Source: Bigelowiella natans CCMP2755 (taxonomy: Eukaryota; Protista; Cercozoa). Taken from it: DNA of 49,293 nt. Shown here piece after piece: positions 1 through 12,204 of the stretch. Every line of letters begins with the position of its first letter. The stretch's first letter is position 1. The stretch spans positions 1 through 49,293 of the forward strand of contig ADNK01002381.1 in NCBI GenBank assembly GCA_000320545.1. Reading direction: 5' to 3'. The position numbers and the translations under genes were made by a program. The notes under the pieces are model-generated. The model was not told the origin of the DNA. It made no database searches and saw only the letters and a program-made list of their open reading frames with translations.

Positions 1-961
1 AGCCGACGCCGGATTCGTGTGGGAGAGAGAGGAGGGGGGGAGGGGGGAGGGGGGGGGCAGAGCGCGCGAAAAATGATTATTTTCGCATTCGTCAAATCAT
101 AATCTGATCGCGTTTGTCTTATTGAATGTGATTGTTGTTGTTGTTGTCGTTGTTTGCAGGGCGCCGTACACCAACGGGATGTTCTTCTTCGACGTCTTCT
201 TTCCCTACAACTACCCAGCGGTTGCTGCTTTTTCATACCATCCATAATCAATGATGGGCACTTTCAGGGGGGGGGGGGGGGGGGGGTTATGGACGATTAT
301 GATATACATGTATGGACCTACAGGTGCCTCCTAAGATGAAGATCATTACTACCGCTCGGGGAACATATCGATTCAATGCCAACCTCTACGCAAACGGGAA
401 GGTTGCTTGAAAGAGAATGGGGGGGGGGGGGGGAGATTCAGTCATTATTGAATGAATGTGAGTTTTGGCTTTATATGGCAGCAGTCACTAATTGTCCCCT
501 GGTGCGTACATGCTTGTATGTGATATCATATTATATGAAAACATATGTATTCTATATGTGGATTGTTTTTGGTTACAAATACGACCTATCATCGGTTCTT
601 TCTCTTCTTCTTCTTCTTCTTCTTCTTCTTCTTCTTCGAACAGGTTTGCCTCTCCCTCCTTGGCACCTGGTCGGGCCCGGGGTGGGAACCTTCCTACAGG
701 TCAGCAGCCCAAAGCACTACTGCTGCTGCTGCTACTGCTGCTGTGTTTTCCCGGATTCTTTTTTCTTTTTTCATTTTTCGAAAATTTTTTCCCTTTTTGT
801 TGTGCTGTTCATTATCATCATCATCATCACCATCATCATCAATTTCTTAGTAATCTGCAGCAAGTGCTGATCAGCATCCAAGCGATGATACTGGGGATCG
901 ATGAGCCTATTGGTAATAGGAGGAGGAGAGGAGGGGGGGGTTGTTGCAGAGCAAGCGAGTA

Positions 962-993
<32 letters not shown>

Positions 994-1138
994 AATGGTA
1001 ATGATGATGATGATGATGATATTGACGATGACGATGAACCATATGCACATGCTTGTTCCGTGCTCCCTCTTGAAGACGTTAAACAACATGTTATTTATAA
1101 GTATCATCCCATCTTTACAGTACCGCCGTTGGCGCATA

Positions 1139-1186
<48 letters not shown>

Positions 1187-1450
1187 TATATTCTACACAT
1201 GTATATGTGTATGGTAATATAGCATCTACTATTTACCACACGTATATGACCAAAAGCGTATTGCATATTCAATGGTTACGTCGTTAATGGTTTTATCTTC
1301 ATCCTCCTCCTCCTCATCCTCCTCGTGATCGATGATTGATAGCAAACGAGCCAAGTTGGGAGCGTGACCGGGGCACCGATAGATCATTCAAGTACGCATG
1401 ATGATTAATGATTATGATGATAATGATGATTATGGTGATAATGTTAATGG

Positions 1451-1484
<34 letters not shown>

Positions 1485-1964
1485 AAATCAGTAATCTGTG
1501 GTGTATGTGCTCGTCCATATATATATAATATTTTATATTGATGTAGATTGATTTTCTCATGCCTTCTTGTGAATAACTGTCAGTTACAACCGTATCCTGA
1601 ACCACGGCACTATGCTATACGCAATGTAAGTAGTAGTTAGCTAGTAAACGGGGGGGGGAGAGGGGGGGGAGGCAAGGGAAAAGGGCAGAATTGGTTTATG
1701 TAAAAGAAGAAGATGGTGATGAAGAAGAAAGAGAAGGAGGAGGAGGGGAGGGGGGGGGGATAAAATACCCCTCGTTGGAATGAAGTACCAAAAGGGCGTT
1801 GATTCAGTCAGTACGATGTCGTTTTCGTAGGCATGACCACCTTAAAGCACCCCCCCCTGGGTTTGAGGACTTGGTGAAACTGCACTTCTGGGATAGGAAG
1901 CAGGTTGCTGCGGAAGGGGGGGAGAGCGGGGACGGTGAGAGGGAGGAAGAAAGGATGGTATGAC

Positions 1965-1996
<32 letters not shown>

Positions 1997-2392
1997 CGCG
2001 AGTGCCTTGATATGAATCACCATTGTTATTCTCGCTACCAGCACCTACTGGAGAAGCAAATCCCTATGTGGGAGAAAGAGATTATGAAGGTCCTCCGTGC
2101 GTCACCAACTCGATTTTCGCAGCTCCTGCTTCCCAACGCTGACTGCAGCAATAGCGCCGTGTTTAAGCTGTCGCTCTATTAGTAGGCGTAGGCACGTGCA
2201 GATTCGCCATGTCGTTCTTGTATTTGTGTTTCTTCTTCTTCTTCTTCGTTTCGTTTCATGTATGGACGCACGTGCTCATCTGATTAGGTGCCAGAAAGAG
2301 CCAAGGGAGGGCCGTACAATAGGGAAAATCGCATCACCGAACCAGTATCGACCACTGTAAGGCTGACCAATAGCATGTGTGTGGTTATGTGG

Positions 2393-2434
<42 letters not shown>

Positions 2435-2959
2435 CCACACACTACTTCGTTCCTTCCCAAAATACTCAAAGCAGCAGCCGATTTTGTCGAATGCTTCCTT
2501 GCCATATACCCCTTCTCCTCATCATCATCATCATCATCATCATCATCGATATCACCATCGCCTCATCATTGCAACCTTTCTCTTTCCAACGTGCCATCGT
2601 TGTGTGTCAGGTTAAGAAGTTGAAGGCTGAATTAGACAAACTGAAGCCTCCAGAGGGTAACCCACCGATCGTTTTCCTCCCCCCCTTCCCCCCACCTCCG
2701 CTGCCTTCTCTCCATCTCCTACATCTCTCTCCCACTTCACCTTCCCCCCAATCTTTCGCACAACACGCACAGTATGGGGGCGGGCAGGAAGCAGCCTCAT
2801 CCCCATCCAAACATATAGCATGACTGCACAACAATATGGAAAAGAGGGGATGGGGAGAGTAGTTCTGCTACTTCAACTGACAACTGAACCATGCTAATCT
2901 TACACGCTTTTGCAGAGGAAGAGGAGGAAGAAGAGGAATCAGATGACGACGACTTCTAA
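1..2959 (+). CDS. Ubiquitin-conjugating enzyme E2, BIRC6/UBE2Z/UBE2O-type UBC domain with acidic tail (multi-exon, 5' end outside window)
   Basis: Manual GT-AG splicing gives PTPDS|APYTNGMFFFDVFFPYNYPA|VPPKMKIITTARGTYRFNANLYANGK|VCLSLLGTWSGPGWEPSYS|NLQQVLISIQAMILGIDEPI|ANEPSWERD...|HDHLKAPPPGFEDLVKLHFW...|EEEEEESDDDDF*. The catalytic Cys is in GKVCLSLLGTW. Stop TAA at 2957-2959. Confidence 0.93.
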
Positions 2960-3802
2960 GCCACGAAATCTATCTTAAAGCATGGCTTGGAACGCCGCTG
3001 ATGCTAGCGCAGCCATGCCCATGATATCATTTTTTAATATGTATTCCAAAAAGTAGAGCACGTTCGCCATCGCAGCTCTATAGCTACAAGCAGGCCGTCG
3101 TCACTCCGACCCGCCCGAGCGATCAATATATCAGATTTGTTGAATAGTTTTGATTTTGCACCTTTGCATAAAGTCAATTGCTAGATTGCGTGTAGTGTAC
3201 TTGCATCTGCTATATATCGCGCCTGGGCCATCTATACAACACAATTTGCGCGTTGTTTCCCTGCCTATTCTAGCAGCAAGGGAAATAATGGAGATGTTTA
3301 GCAGCGTGTCCGGATTGAGAGACATTGTTGAAGTCTCTACCGTCTGCCAGCTAAGCAACACCGCGCACCATGCTAGCGCATGTGTAAATCTAGAAATGGC
3401 TTCGAGTTATATAAATGCTAAAAAGGCACTATAATGCACGCACAGTCTAGCAGTGTTGCAACTATGACGCCTCAATCAATGTCTAGCTAGATGTGCTAGT
3501 GTGCTAGCTAGCTAGCTAGTCTAGTAATGCTAGAGTGTGGCAACATGTGTAGACACATGCTGGCTTACGATATGCTGCCGTCGTATGCATGCTAGCATGG
3601 CATGCAATACTCAGGCTTGACAACCTAATAACTGCTATAAAGCTGGGTTGCGTGTACACGTCATCAGCAACAGTAAGTCAGCACTTCATCAGCATTAAAA
3701 TTGCAGTGTATGGTAGAGTATTCTAGTATGACATAATCAAATTTGGAAATTCTCGGCTTCGCTGAATGTGGAACAATTGCGTCGCGTTTATAAAACGCCT
3801 AA

Positions 3803-5166
3803 CTACAATTTCTTAATGTGATTCATTGATGATATAGAGCGCGCCTTTGCGGTGAAGAGAAGACGAAGAAGAAGAAGACTTAAGGAACTAGACGTCAATG
3901 GAGCTACGAGTGTTTTAATAATGTACATGATTAACGATTTGACAGTGGTTGATAAAATGGAAAAGAGGCCTCATCAATGAATCAATTAGGTTGGTAGAAA
4001 TCACATCTCTTCCTGATATCTTCCTCCGAAATGCCTTGGCTTCGTAGACGCTCTTCAATTGATTTTGTCTTCTCCTGCAACTCCCGCAAGGCCCCGTTCT
4101 CAAACCTGTTCGGGGATTGGGTAGGGAAGGGAGGGGGGGGCGGAAGAGAGGAGGCATATTCACTTCTCTAGAGATATTGTTTCAGCCCATTTACTAGCTC
4201 TCTACCAGGTTGGGCAGTCGTAGAATCACATTTTTCTACAGTAACAACACCAAGTGTTTGAGTACTTACCCAATAATGTACATATATAACAGCTACTACA
4301 TAAAACGCTATTGAATTGCGATTACACAAATTCTTCTATTTCTCATCCTCGTCAAGATCAATCATCGTCGTTGCCACCACTCCTCTGCTGGAAGAAGTTC
4401 TCGGCTTCCTTTCGCAGGCACTATCATCTTACCGTGCAATGTCTGAATTGCAGTGGTGAAGCTCATCTGCCTCCCACTCTATGTTCTTGGCAACGATGCT
4501 ATTGACCCTACTCACCAGGTGAGGGGGGGAGCGGTGTTAACACAACATGTTAAAGAAGCACGTAGTCCTTTTGAGAACCGAATACGACTTACCTTAAAAT
4601 CTTAGGTCTTCCTCTCATTTGTTCCGCTAGACCCTCTTCCTCTTCGTTGCTGCCCTCGTGGAGAAACGATTGTTTATTCCTATTCATTCCCATAAAACAA
4701 TGTTCGGTTTGTCAGGCTCTGTGGAAGCTGCAGCGAGAAGGAAATGCGCATATGTCTCAAAGCTTCTGTTGGTACTTAAGCAAGAGAAAATGAACGACCG
4801 ACGACTCATTTTGCCATTAGCCTTTTCTGTTAGTATTCTGCGGTTTTTAGTTGTAGCCCAAGATCCACGCACAACGCTGTGATTTGAAGTCTTGTTTTGT
4901 GTTTATTATTTAGGTATGATTGATTTGGTAGTTTCCCTCTAACGAAATAGTATAGTAATCCCCCCCCCCCCCCCCCCTTTTTTTGGTTCTGTTTGTATTT
5001 GCAATCATAGTTTGCGGGACGAGGGGCTAAACAAGAGGATTTTTAATGAGAAAGAAAAGATATCTACATTTTCTTCCCTGGCACAGCTACGTTTCGATAA
5101 AGACTATTGAATCTCCGAAATCCTGGCGGCATCTTCATTAATCCTGGAAGCAACTTCACTTTCTTC

Positions 5167-5217
<51 letters not shown>

Positions 5218-5424
5218 TATTTGTGTGTGTGTGTGTGTGTAGCTTCATGGCAGCCCAACAGCGTAATCTCGTAACTGTATTTACTTTCATGCGCATAGGT
5301 ATGGGCATATAGAAGACACAGAGAAGAAAATGAATCTGCACATGGAAAGATTTTGGGATGTGAAAGAGCTCAATGATAAAAATGCGCGTGCACAACATTG
5401 ACAGATCACCCATCGCTCGCTCTC

Positions 5425-5472
<48 letters not shown>

Positions 5473-6624
5473 ATCGACTTATTTTGGCCGTGGAACGAGT
5501 TTGCATCTTTTCCCCCTTCCTTTTCCATTGCCGCAAAATTGTTTTTGGAGCCAAAGGCTCTACTGTGCAGGGGGGTAGTCGCGTTGTTTCTTCTTTGAAG
5601 TGGAGACTTTCGCATGGAGGAGTAGCCTGTGATTGTATGATTTTTATTAATCCCCACCCCCAGTTTGATGGTCCTCAAAATAATTGCTATTGTGAGAACA
5701 TTGAAATGAAAGGTACATACAATTATCTTCGGTGGTATCTTCGCTAGGAGTTCATAGGTCACAGTGAAAGATTCTTGGATGACATTTTGAGGAGGAAGAG
5801 AAAAGGAGAAGCGGGGAGCGCAGGATGTCTATTAAAGGTCAGGGGACTACTATGTTCCCCTCTGTGCTTAATTCAAAGGTACTACATATATCTTATGTAC
5901 CCCACACCTGTATTCAATTTTCTCTCATGCCAACTTGTTGGTTTGCCCGAGGATCCTGCCGAATAAATGTGTGCGACAAATGACGACAAGGCGACGTTAA
6001 CGTGATATTCCCCTCTATGATGCGATGGCAAATACAACACGTGTTGGATGAAAAGGTAGGAACGTAATTACGACCACTAGCGTCTTCTGTGGTATGGCCC
6101 AGTCGGTAGCGAGTGCGAGGACCGCGCGTTAAGTTTGAGCGTTTCCCATGAGAGTCAAAAGATTGTGCTTTCAAATGGGGTATTCTGTAACCCTTCGAAG
6201 ACAACGGCTTCCGGGAAGAAACTATCGCGGGCTTTGTTGAAAAACCTTGGCCACTCAGGGCTGGAGTTCTCGAGAAGTTGGCCGAGGAGGAGTGCATCTT
6301 GCTCGTGGTAATTGACGTCGAGGGCCTGTTTAAGCGACTAGGTAAGCTCTTCGCTGTGGGAACACGGAAGCCATATTTTGTTTTGGCTTTAGTTGCTCCG
6401 AAGCCCGTCGACCCGAAACGCGATTGGGCAACCTGAAGAGAGGGGACTCTTCGAACACGTAGGCTTGGCGCCCTTCTTATTTGGAACGGAGTGGTCGCGC
6501 GAGAGCCTCCTACTGCTTGTTGCTGGTGGGTAGATGATGATTGATTCGACGAACGAAGAGCTGCAAAGCTTCCCAAGCCTGCGAAGTTGGCCTTCCTCGC
6601 GTCGGTGTGTGAGTAGCTGTTCAT
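3803..6624 (-). CDS. Hypothetical multi-exon protein with Ser/Arg-rich low-complexity N-terminus; 3' boundary approximate
   Basis: ATG at 6624 opens a long first exon. Later exons with GT/AG borders encode GSSGKPTSWHERKLNT, ESFTVTYELLAKIPPKII, ATPPCESLHFKEETT..., NKQSFLHEGSNEEEEGLAEQMRGRPKILR and FENGALRELQEKTKSIEERLRSQGISEEDIRKR. No domain recognised; some junctions unresolved. Confidence 0.55.
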
Positions 6625-7143
6625 CTCTCTTTCTTCCCCTCCCCTTCTAGCCTTCCTTCTCTGCCATGCACTGCACGGGTGAGGGATAATAAGGCTGTTT
6701 CGTGTTCAAAATCCCTTGGAAATAATTGTCGCATTAAAGAATTGCCCCAACTTAGGCGACATATATGCGTATACCAATTCAGTTGTTGGAGTTACAAAAG
6801 ACTTTTCTCATTAGGACTACGAGGTTTTATCGTATTATTAGGGTTTATTAGCACGTTTCGCCCACGGATATTTGCCAGGTTTTACTCCTTGAAACTAAGG
6901 AAACCGGGGGAATATTTCAAGTCGCATGAGGAAAACTCAGGAGATACTTATTCTTGCAAGGCGACTGAATTGACTATAGTTGAGGACGACATGTGGTGTT
7001 GTCGCAGTTCCAAAATCTCCCGGATTTCCTGAGGATTTAGAGCATTAACGAGGAGTCTGATTCGTTCCTCCCCCAACGAGCCAGCAGCTTCTCCCTCCTC
7101 CGCTTCTGTGAGGGTAACGATAGTCAAATACGAGATATAACCA

Positions 7144-7828
7144 ATGGGAAATTGTCAGGGGGCCGATAGGGTCTGTGCCGTGCCTCGGCAGTGCAACCAT
7201 CTCAGGTATGTGTTACTGTAAAGCTTTGTTTTGACACACGTCTCTCACCATTTGTGCAGCATCAGTGAGGCTGTTAGTTTTTCCCTCTAAGAGAAACAGT
7301 TTTTGCTTTCCTTTTCATCGGTTTTATACTCCATTCAAAATTAGATACCGAGAAATCACCAACTGGGACGCGGTAGGGCTTTGTTGCTAAGCTAATTCTT
7401 CCAAACAAGCATTATTTATGTCGCACCAGCTAGTTAAATATACATGATGCACCAAGGAATCGGCGTAGAGATTGCCGAAGAGGGCCCTTAGAAAAACAAT
7501 CAGATCAGGGAGCTACAGAGACCGAGAAAAGAGAGTAATCATGTGAATATACCAATATTCTGGTGCGCTTCCTTGTGTTGTTGTGTTCTTCTACTAGTAT
7601 GATGATGGCAAAGCTGTGGGCCAGAGCGACCCAGGATATCTCAAAGGTCACTCATGCGTTTTATTATTATTTTTTTAAATATTGGATCGCCCAGCGTATG
7701 AGCAGCATTGCCTTTGCTGAGGTCACACTCTCCCTCCTCCCAGATCAAAGAAGCAGAATAAGGGCGGAGCTTGTATCTAGCGAGGAAGTGTACACAAGGC
7801 ATCTGCAAACTTTCTTCAGGTAAAGAAG

Positions 7829-7910
<82 letters not shown>

Positions 7911-8773
7911 GTATGCGTGCCCACAACGTATATGCTCGATGAGACTGTGCGCGTGCGCTTAGTATTTTTTCTGGGAAACTCTTCGTCATCACATGTTTCG
8001 TCGTTTCTTCCTCTTGCTACTCCCAAAATTTATGCTGAAGATCCGACGCTTGACAGTATAATGGCCATACACGATCATCACCATCATCATCCTCATCCTC
8101 ATCATCATCTACATGTTCGTTCAAGGAACTACGCAAACCCTCTCAACAAGGAAAAGAACGAATACGCAGTCATGAAATCCACTGAAAAGGTGTTGTGTGA
8201 GTCTGTTTCTAGTAAACTAGGCAATACTCTGACATGCGTCATCGGCGACAATCGCTATATTATAAAACTTTGATCCCCGTGTTTTTTCCGTACAATCGCT
8301 GTATAATTAAACTCTGAGCCTCTTCATGTACTTTCCTTTTGCAGTGGGGTCGATACTTCAATAACTTAGATAAATTGAAGAATTTCCACCGGGACACGAT
8401 GGTGAAAATACCAAGACCATCAAATATACGCGTTTATGAAAATACATGAGATACGATAAGAACGTAAAAGCTGAATTAAACTTAACGCTAGCGCTCTCTG
8501 AGGCCGTGCTAGTAATCGTTGATAACGAATGCTACCTACAGGTGAAAGTCCTTCAATCGGCTCAGCCAGATAAGGAGTCCGATGATATCGTTGACATAGG
8601 GTGCGCCTAGAAAATATACACGCCTTTTCTTCCAAAGTTTCTCTAGTAGTAGTTGCTTAAAGAAAGTCCCAACACCTGCCTGATTGGCTACTCCTCGCGC
8701 CATCTACATCGTATTTATTCCTTTATTATTGCACGTTCTGTGGATATAACACACACACCAAACACACACACAA

Positions 8774-8842
<69 letters not shown>

Positions 8843-9869
8843 ATTAGAGAGAGGTTTCTGTCGGTTGCTGGCCAACTAACCGAGATCTACACGCCGTACC
8901 TTCGGTGCTTCACAGAGCTGAGAGAAAGGTGTGCCTTGCACCCTCCTTTCTTTGTCCTTGATGATTCTCCTCCCGTTATCAGTATCATCGTCGTCGGAGA
9001 CTTTCATGTTTTTTTAAAACGCTGCGCTGCGTCTTATTCTTCTCTGTAAAGCTAACAACTACGCTCTCCCGCGGTACCTGTGCATACAGCATCAAAGCGG
9101 AAAAGAAGAAGTCTAAGTACTCCAAGTTCTTCAAGGATGCATGTGGGGACTTGCCTTTTTCGCCTTCCACGTTTGTTGTTTTCCGCTGATAGATCGATGC
9201 CGCCATTACGTTCGGTCGCCACCCTTCCACACTCGAGATGTGGAACTCCAGCCCCCCCTCCTCCCCCCCCCAGAGCCAGTGTGGCGCGCTTGCGGCTGTG
9301 AATAGACCCTGCGCCACGCCCTTCATCACATCGTCATCATCATCATCATCGTTGTCGTTTTGTACTCTCTTTTGCAGGTAAGCAGTGTAATGGGCTCGAG
9401 ATCGAGTCATACCTTATCATGCCGGTGCAAAGACTCCCGCGTTACGTAAGAAACGACCAACATGCCGAGAATAATTCCTTGTTGTCGAAACACATACTTG
9501 TTCAACACTCGTGATGATTATCGTGACGCTGATGTGTTTACGGGTCTCACGCATTATTCTCCTATTTTCTGCGACTCCTCTACTATCACCACAATGCCAT
9601 AGAAAATGCTGATATTCGAGCTGATGAAATATACCCCGGAAGACCATGTGGAACGAAAGGTGCAATTCTAGAATGAGAAATGGGGGGGGGGGGGGGAGGG
9701 GGTTTACTTTGTTCTTCGCTGCCCCGCATATTGGAGAGTCGATTGCTCCGCATATTTTTCCGCAGCATCAATCTCTTCGTTGGCATGATATAATTCTAAA
9801 CAGAGCTTGGAAGAGGCCGCGGATATGATCAAACAAATTCTTGACGATTGCAACAGCAAGACTCACTGA
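7144..9869 (+). CDS. Dbl-homology (RhoGEF) domain protein, N-terminal MGNC motif, no PH domain (multi-exon)
   Basis: Phase-consistent exons: MGNCQGAD...|DQRSRIRAELVSSEEVYTRHLQTFFR|NYANPL...|WGRYFNNLDKLKNFH...|GERFLSVAGQLTEIYTPY...|CKQCNGLEIESYLIMPVQRLPRY|KMLIFELMKYTPEDHVERK|SLEEAADMIKQILDDCNSKTH*. The DH CR1 and CR3 motifs are both present. TGA at 9867-9869. Confidence 0.9.
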
Positions 9870-10802
9870 GCGAGGGCAGTACGACAAGTGGAACTCGCAA
9901 TTGTTTCCCCTAATAAACGGCAGGCAGAGATGGCATAAAAGAGAAAAGCGTATGTGTTGTCGTTGTACATGCGCGAGCTCGTTAAGATGCCAAGAAAGTA
10001 GAATGCAAATGTGATATTTTCATCCAGCAATGCGTACAATCCTTGCATCCACGGTGCTTGGATGGCCATGACAACGGGGATGCCGATGAAGTTATAGAAC
10101 GTAGCATGGTGTGTACCTGTCTGGCAGACTGCACATCTAGGTGTGTGTGCATGCTCATTTCTCGACTTAAAAACCTCAATCAGCTAACACGATACATCCA
10201 GCAAACAAAGCCATCGATCATTTGCAATGCAACGTGATTATGCATCGACGGAAGCTGTTTGCTTGCGTGCTAGCTTGGGAAACAGCTAGGCTGGAGCTCT
10301 AGCACTAGCTAGAGTTGTATAGCGCATGCCCAATGCAACCATGCAACGCACAAATGAAATTTTGCACCACTTCTACTTGACTGTCATATATATGCAATTG
10401 GACAGCGCGCGCACGTCTGCTGGTTGCTGTGAGACGGATGTATATATAGATGTGTAAAATGATTATTGCATTTTCACGCAGTATTTTTTCAACGCAATGG
10501 TCATGTTGTCTACAGATCATCACTATATAATCTGCGTAGGCTCGATAATAGACACAGTAACTCGATCATGCTGCAGAGCGTCACAAATATTTCATCACAT
10601 GCATGTCTATCAGCATCTGCCGTGTGGCTGTGGGCCTCCGCTAGCTCCGGTCATGCGCGCATACATGCGCGACGGAGTCAATGAAATCGCATTGTATTTT
10701 TCAATGCCACAGGCATGTGCCGCACTGACATGCGCATCGCGCCTACTCTGCAATGAATCGAAATGACGTGCGTCGCATGCGTGTCTAGAGATGAATGTCG
10801 AT

Positions 10803-11711
10803 CTAGACATGTGGAGCATCGCATGGATACGTGTACGACTCACCACCGTAGTAAGTCGCATGAGTAGCATCCCGCCTTGTATTGTGGTGAGTCGCATGAG
10901 TATCATCCCGCCTTGTATTCATCCCTACTAGGATCCGCAGAGCCCCACTCACCAACTCTACAATCCTTTTAATCCCCTTAACGATCCTTGAATTTTTGAT
11001 GGATTCTAAAAAACTTCTCATCCCGTTATTACCCCCTGCAACATCGGTGATTCTGTCCTTTTCAAGGTTCACTGTTTTGACCTCCTTCGTCAAGTTTTGA
11101 AGCATTTGCAGGTTTCTGTTATCTTTAAAAATTGTGGGCTCGCCTTTCTCCTCCACAAGAGGGGCGATACGACCTTTACTTTTTGTATTGCCACAATTTT
11201 TCGTCAGGTCACGCATTATCCTCTTTAGCTGTTTTTGGTCATCTGTGAGTAATTTTTTTGCAGAAGTGGGAGTAATCTTGTTTGTGAGGATGCCAAAAGA
11301 CGTAAGTTGGCCTCCGCAAGCTGTCATAAACGAATCAATCATCCATGCATCTTGCGGATCAGCCCTGAGGCCATTCAATTGCACTACAAATATCATCATG
11401 ACCTCTTTACCAGCATGATACAAGGCATCCGTGGCAAGAGACTCATAATCTTGCTCGATGTCCATCACACCCGGCATGTCAACTACACACCATCCTTCCA
11501 GCCATTTTTGCTCGCTGATGTGGGATTGCACTTTTGTCGTCAAACCAGTGCCAATGCTTTCGCCTGATTCAAAGACTTCTCTTCCAACCAAAGTGTTGCC
11601 GATTAGGGATTTGCCTCTTCCAGGATTTCCGAGCAGCAATATCTTTTTCAAATCGGTGTGTTCAGCGGGGTACGGATTCTCTCGAGTGTTTGAACTGCTT
11701 GATATGCCCAT
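10803..11711 (-). CDS. Intronless AIG1/GIMAP-like P-loop GTPase, N-myristoylation consensus MGISSS
   Basis: G1 LLGNPGRGKS, G2 FESGESIGTGLTT, G3 VVDMPG, G4-like ILTNK. First ATG is at 11711 (the ORF track uses a TTG at 11783). Single ORF with no introns. Confidence 0.85.
   Translation of the reverse strand: MGISSSSNTRENPYPAEHTDLKKILLLGNPGRGKSLIGNTLVGREVFESGESIGTGLTTKVQSHISEQKWLEGWCVVDMPGVMDIEQDYESLATDALYHAGKEVMMIFVVQLNGLRADPQDAWMIDSFMTACGGQLTSFGILTNKITPTSAKKLLTDDQKQLKRIMRDLTKNCGNTKSKGRIAPLVEEKGEPTIFKDNRNLQMLQNLTKEVKTVNLEKDRITDVAGGNNGMRSFLESIKNSRIVKGIKRIVELVSGALRILVGMNTRRDDTHATHHNTRRDATHATYYGGESYTYPCDAPHV
10854..10919. repeat. 36-bp tandem duplication in the 3' end of GTPase 1
   Basis: agtcgcatgagta(g/t)catcccgccttgtatt occurs twice at a 36-nt spacing, encoding NTRRDDTHATHH / NTRRDATHATYY on the minus strand. 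Confidence 0.85.
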
Positions 11712-11898
11712 CGTGCGTGCGTGCGACCTTTCTGGTTTCTGATGATAGGACTCCACTGTGACGAAGTCGAACGCCAACGCCAACTCAACAGGGTCTTATG
11801 TACCGATTTTCGATGGAGCAGCATGCTATTTTCCCATATTTCCGAATGCGACAACAGATTCTACGCAGAAATGGCGATTATGGATTGCATATTTTCCA

Positions 11899-11960
11899 GT
11901 GACGCCCGCCGTGACGCCCGCCGTGACGCCCGCCGGTCGTGACGCCGTGACCGTGACGCC
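11899..11960. promoter_or_regulatory. Tandem GTGACGCC(CGCC) array in the bidirectional promoter of the GTPase pair
   Basis: Three perfect gtgacgcccgcc units, then gtgacgcc, gtgacc and gtgacgcc, about midway between ATG 11711(-) and ATG 12205(+). The repeat is certain; a regulatory role is inferred. Confidence 0.55.
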
Positions 11961-12204
11961 TGCTCGAACCGGGAAAAGATCCTGGATTCCTTGATTGCGA
12001 CATGTTCATAATTGTTTATATCCAGGAAATCCTCAGGAAATTTAGGGTATCGTGAAAGAGTCCGACGTGTCCGAATGTGTCCGAATAGGAAATCGCAACA
12101 AACGAACACTGATAAATCAAAAACCAAAAATCGGAGAACCGCGGGTTCACAATTGAGTTGCGTTGGACTCTCGTACACGGCACCTTGTAGACCAATCTGC
12201 AGGA

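Noticed and set aside
376-2834. Many ORFs with poly-H, poly-D, YIYI, CVCV or ERER tracts here and across the window
   Set aside because: They are translations of intronic microsatellites, not genes.
5960-6075. RING-finger-like CCICH...PCRHLSH at the end of ORF 5914..6624(-)
   Set aside because: The last Cys ligands are missing. The segment is bounded by a GT and ...cggcAG that join flanking exons in phase (ASG|SSGKP), so it is most likely intron read-through.
11899-11960. Short direct repeats as a possible CRISPR array (also 21156-21273 and 23906-23943)
   Set aside because: These are tandem units without unique spacers, there are no cas genes, and the context is eukaryotic.
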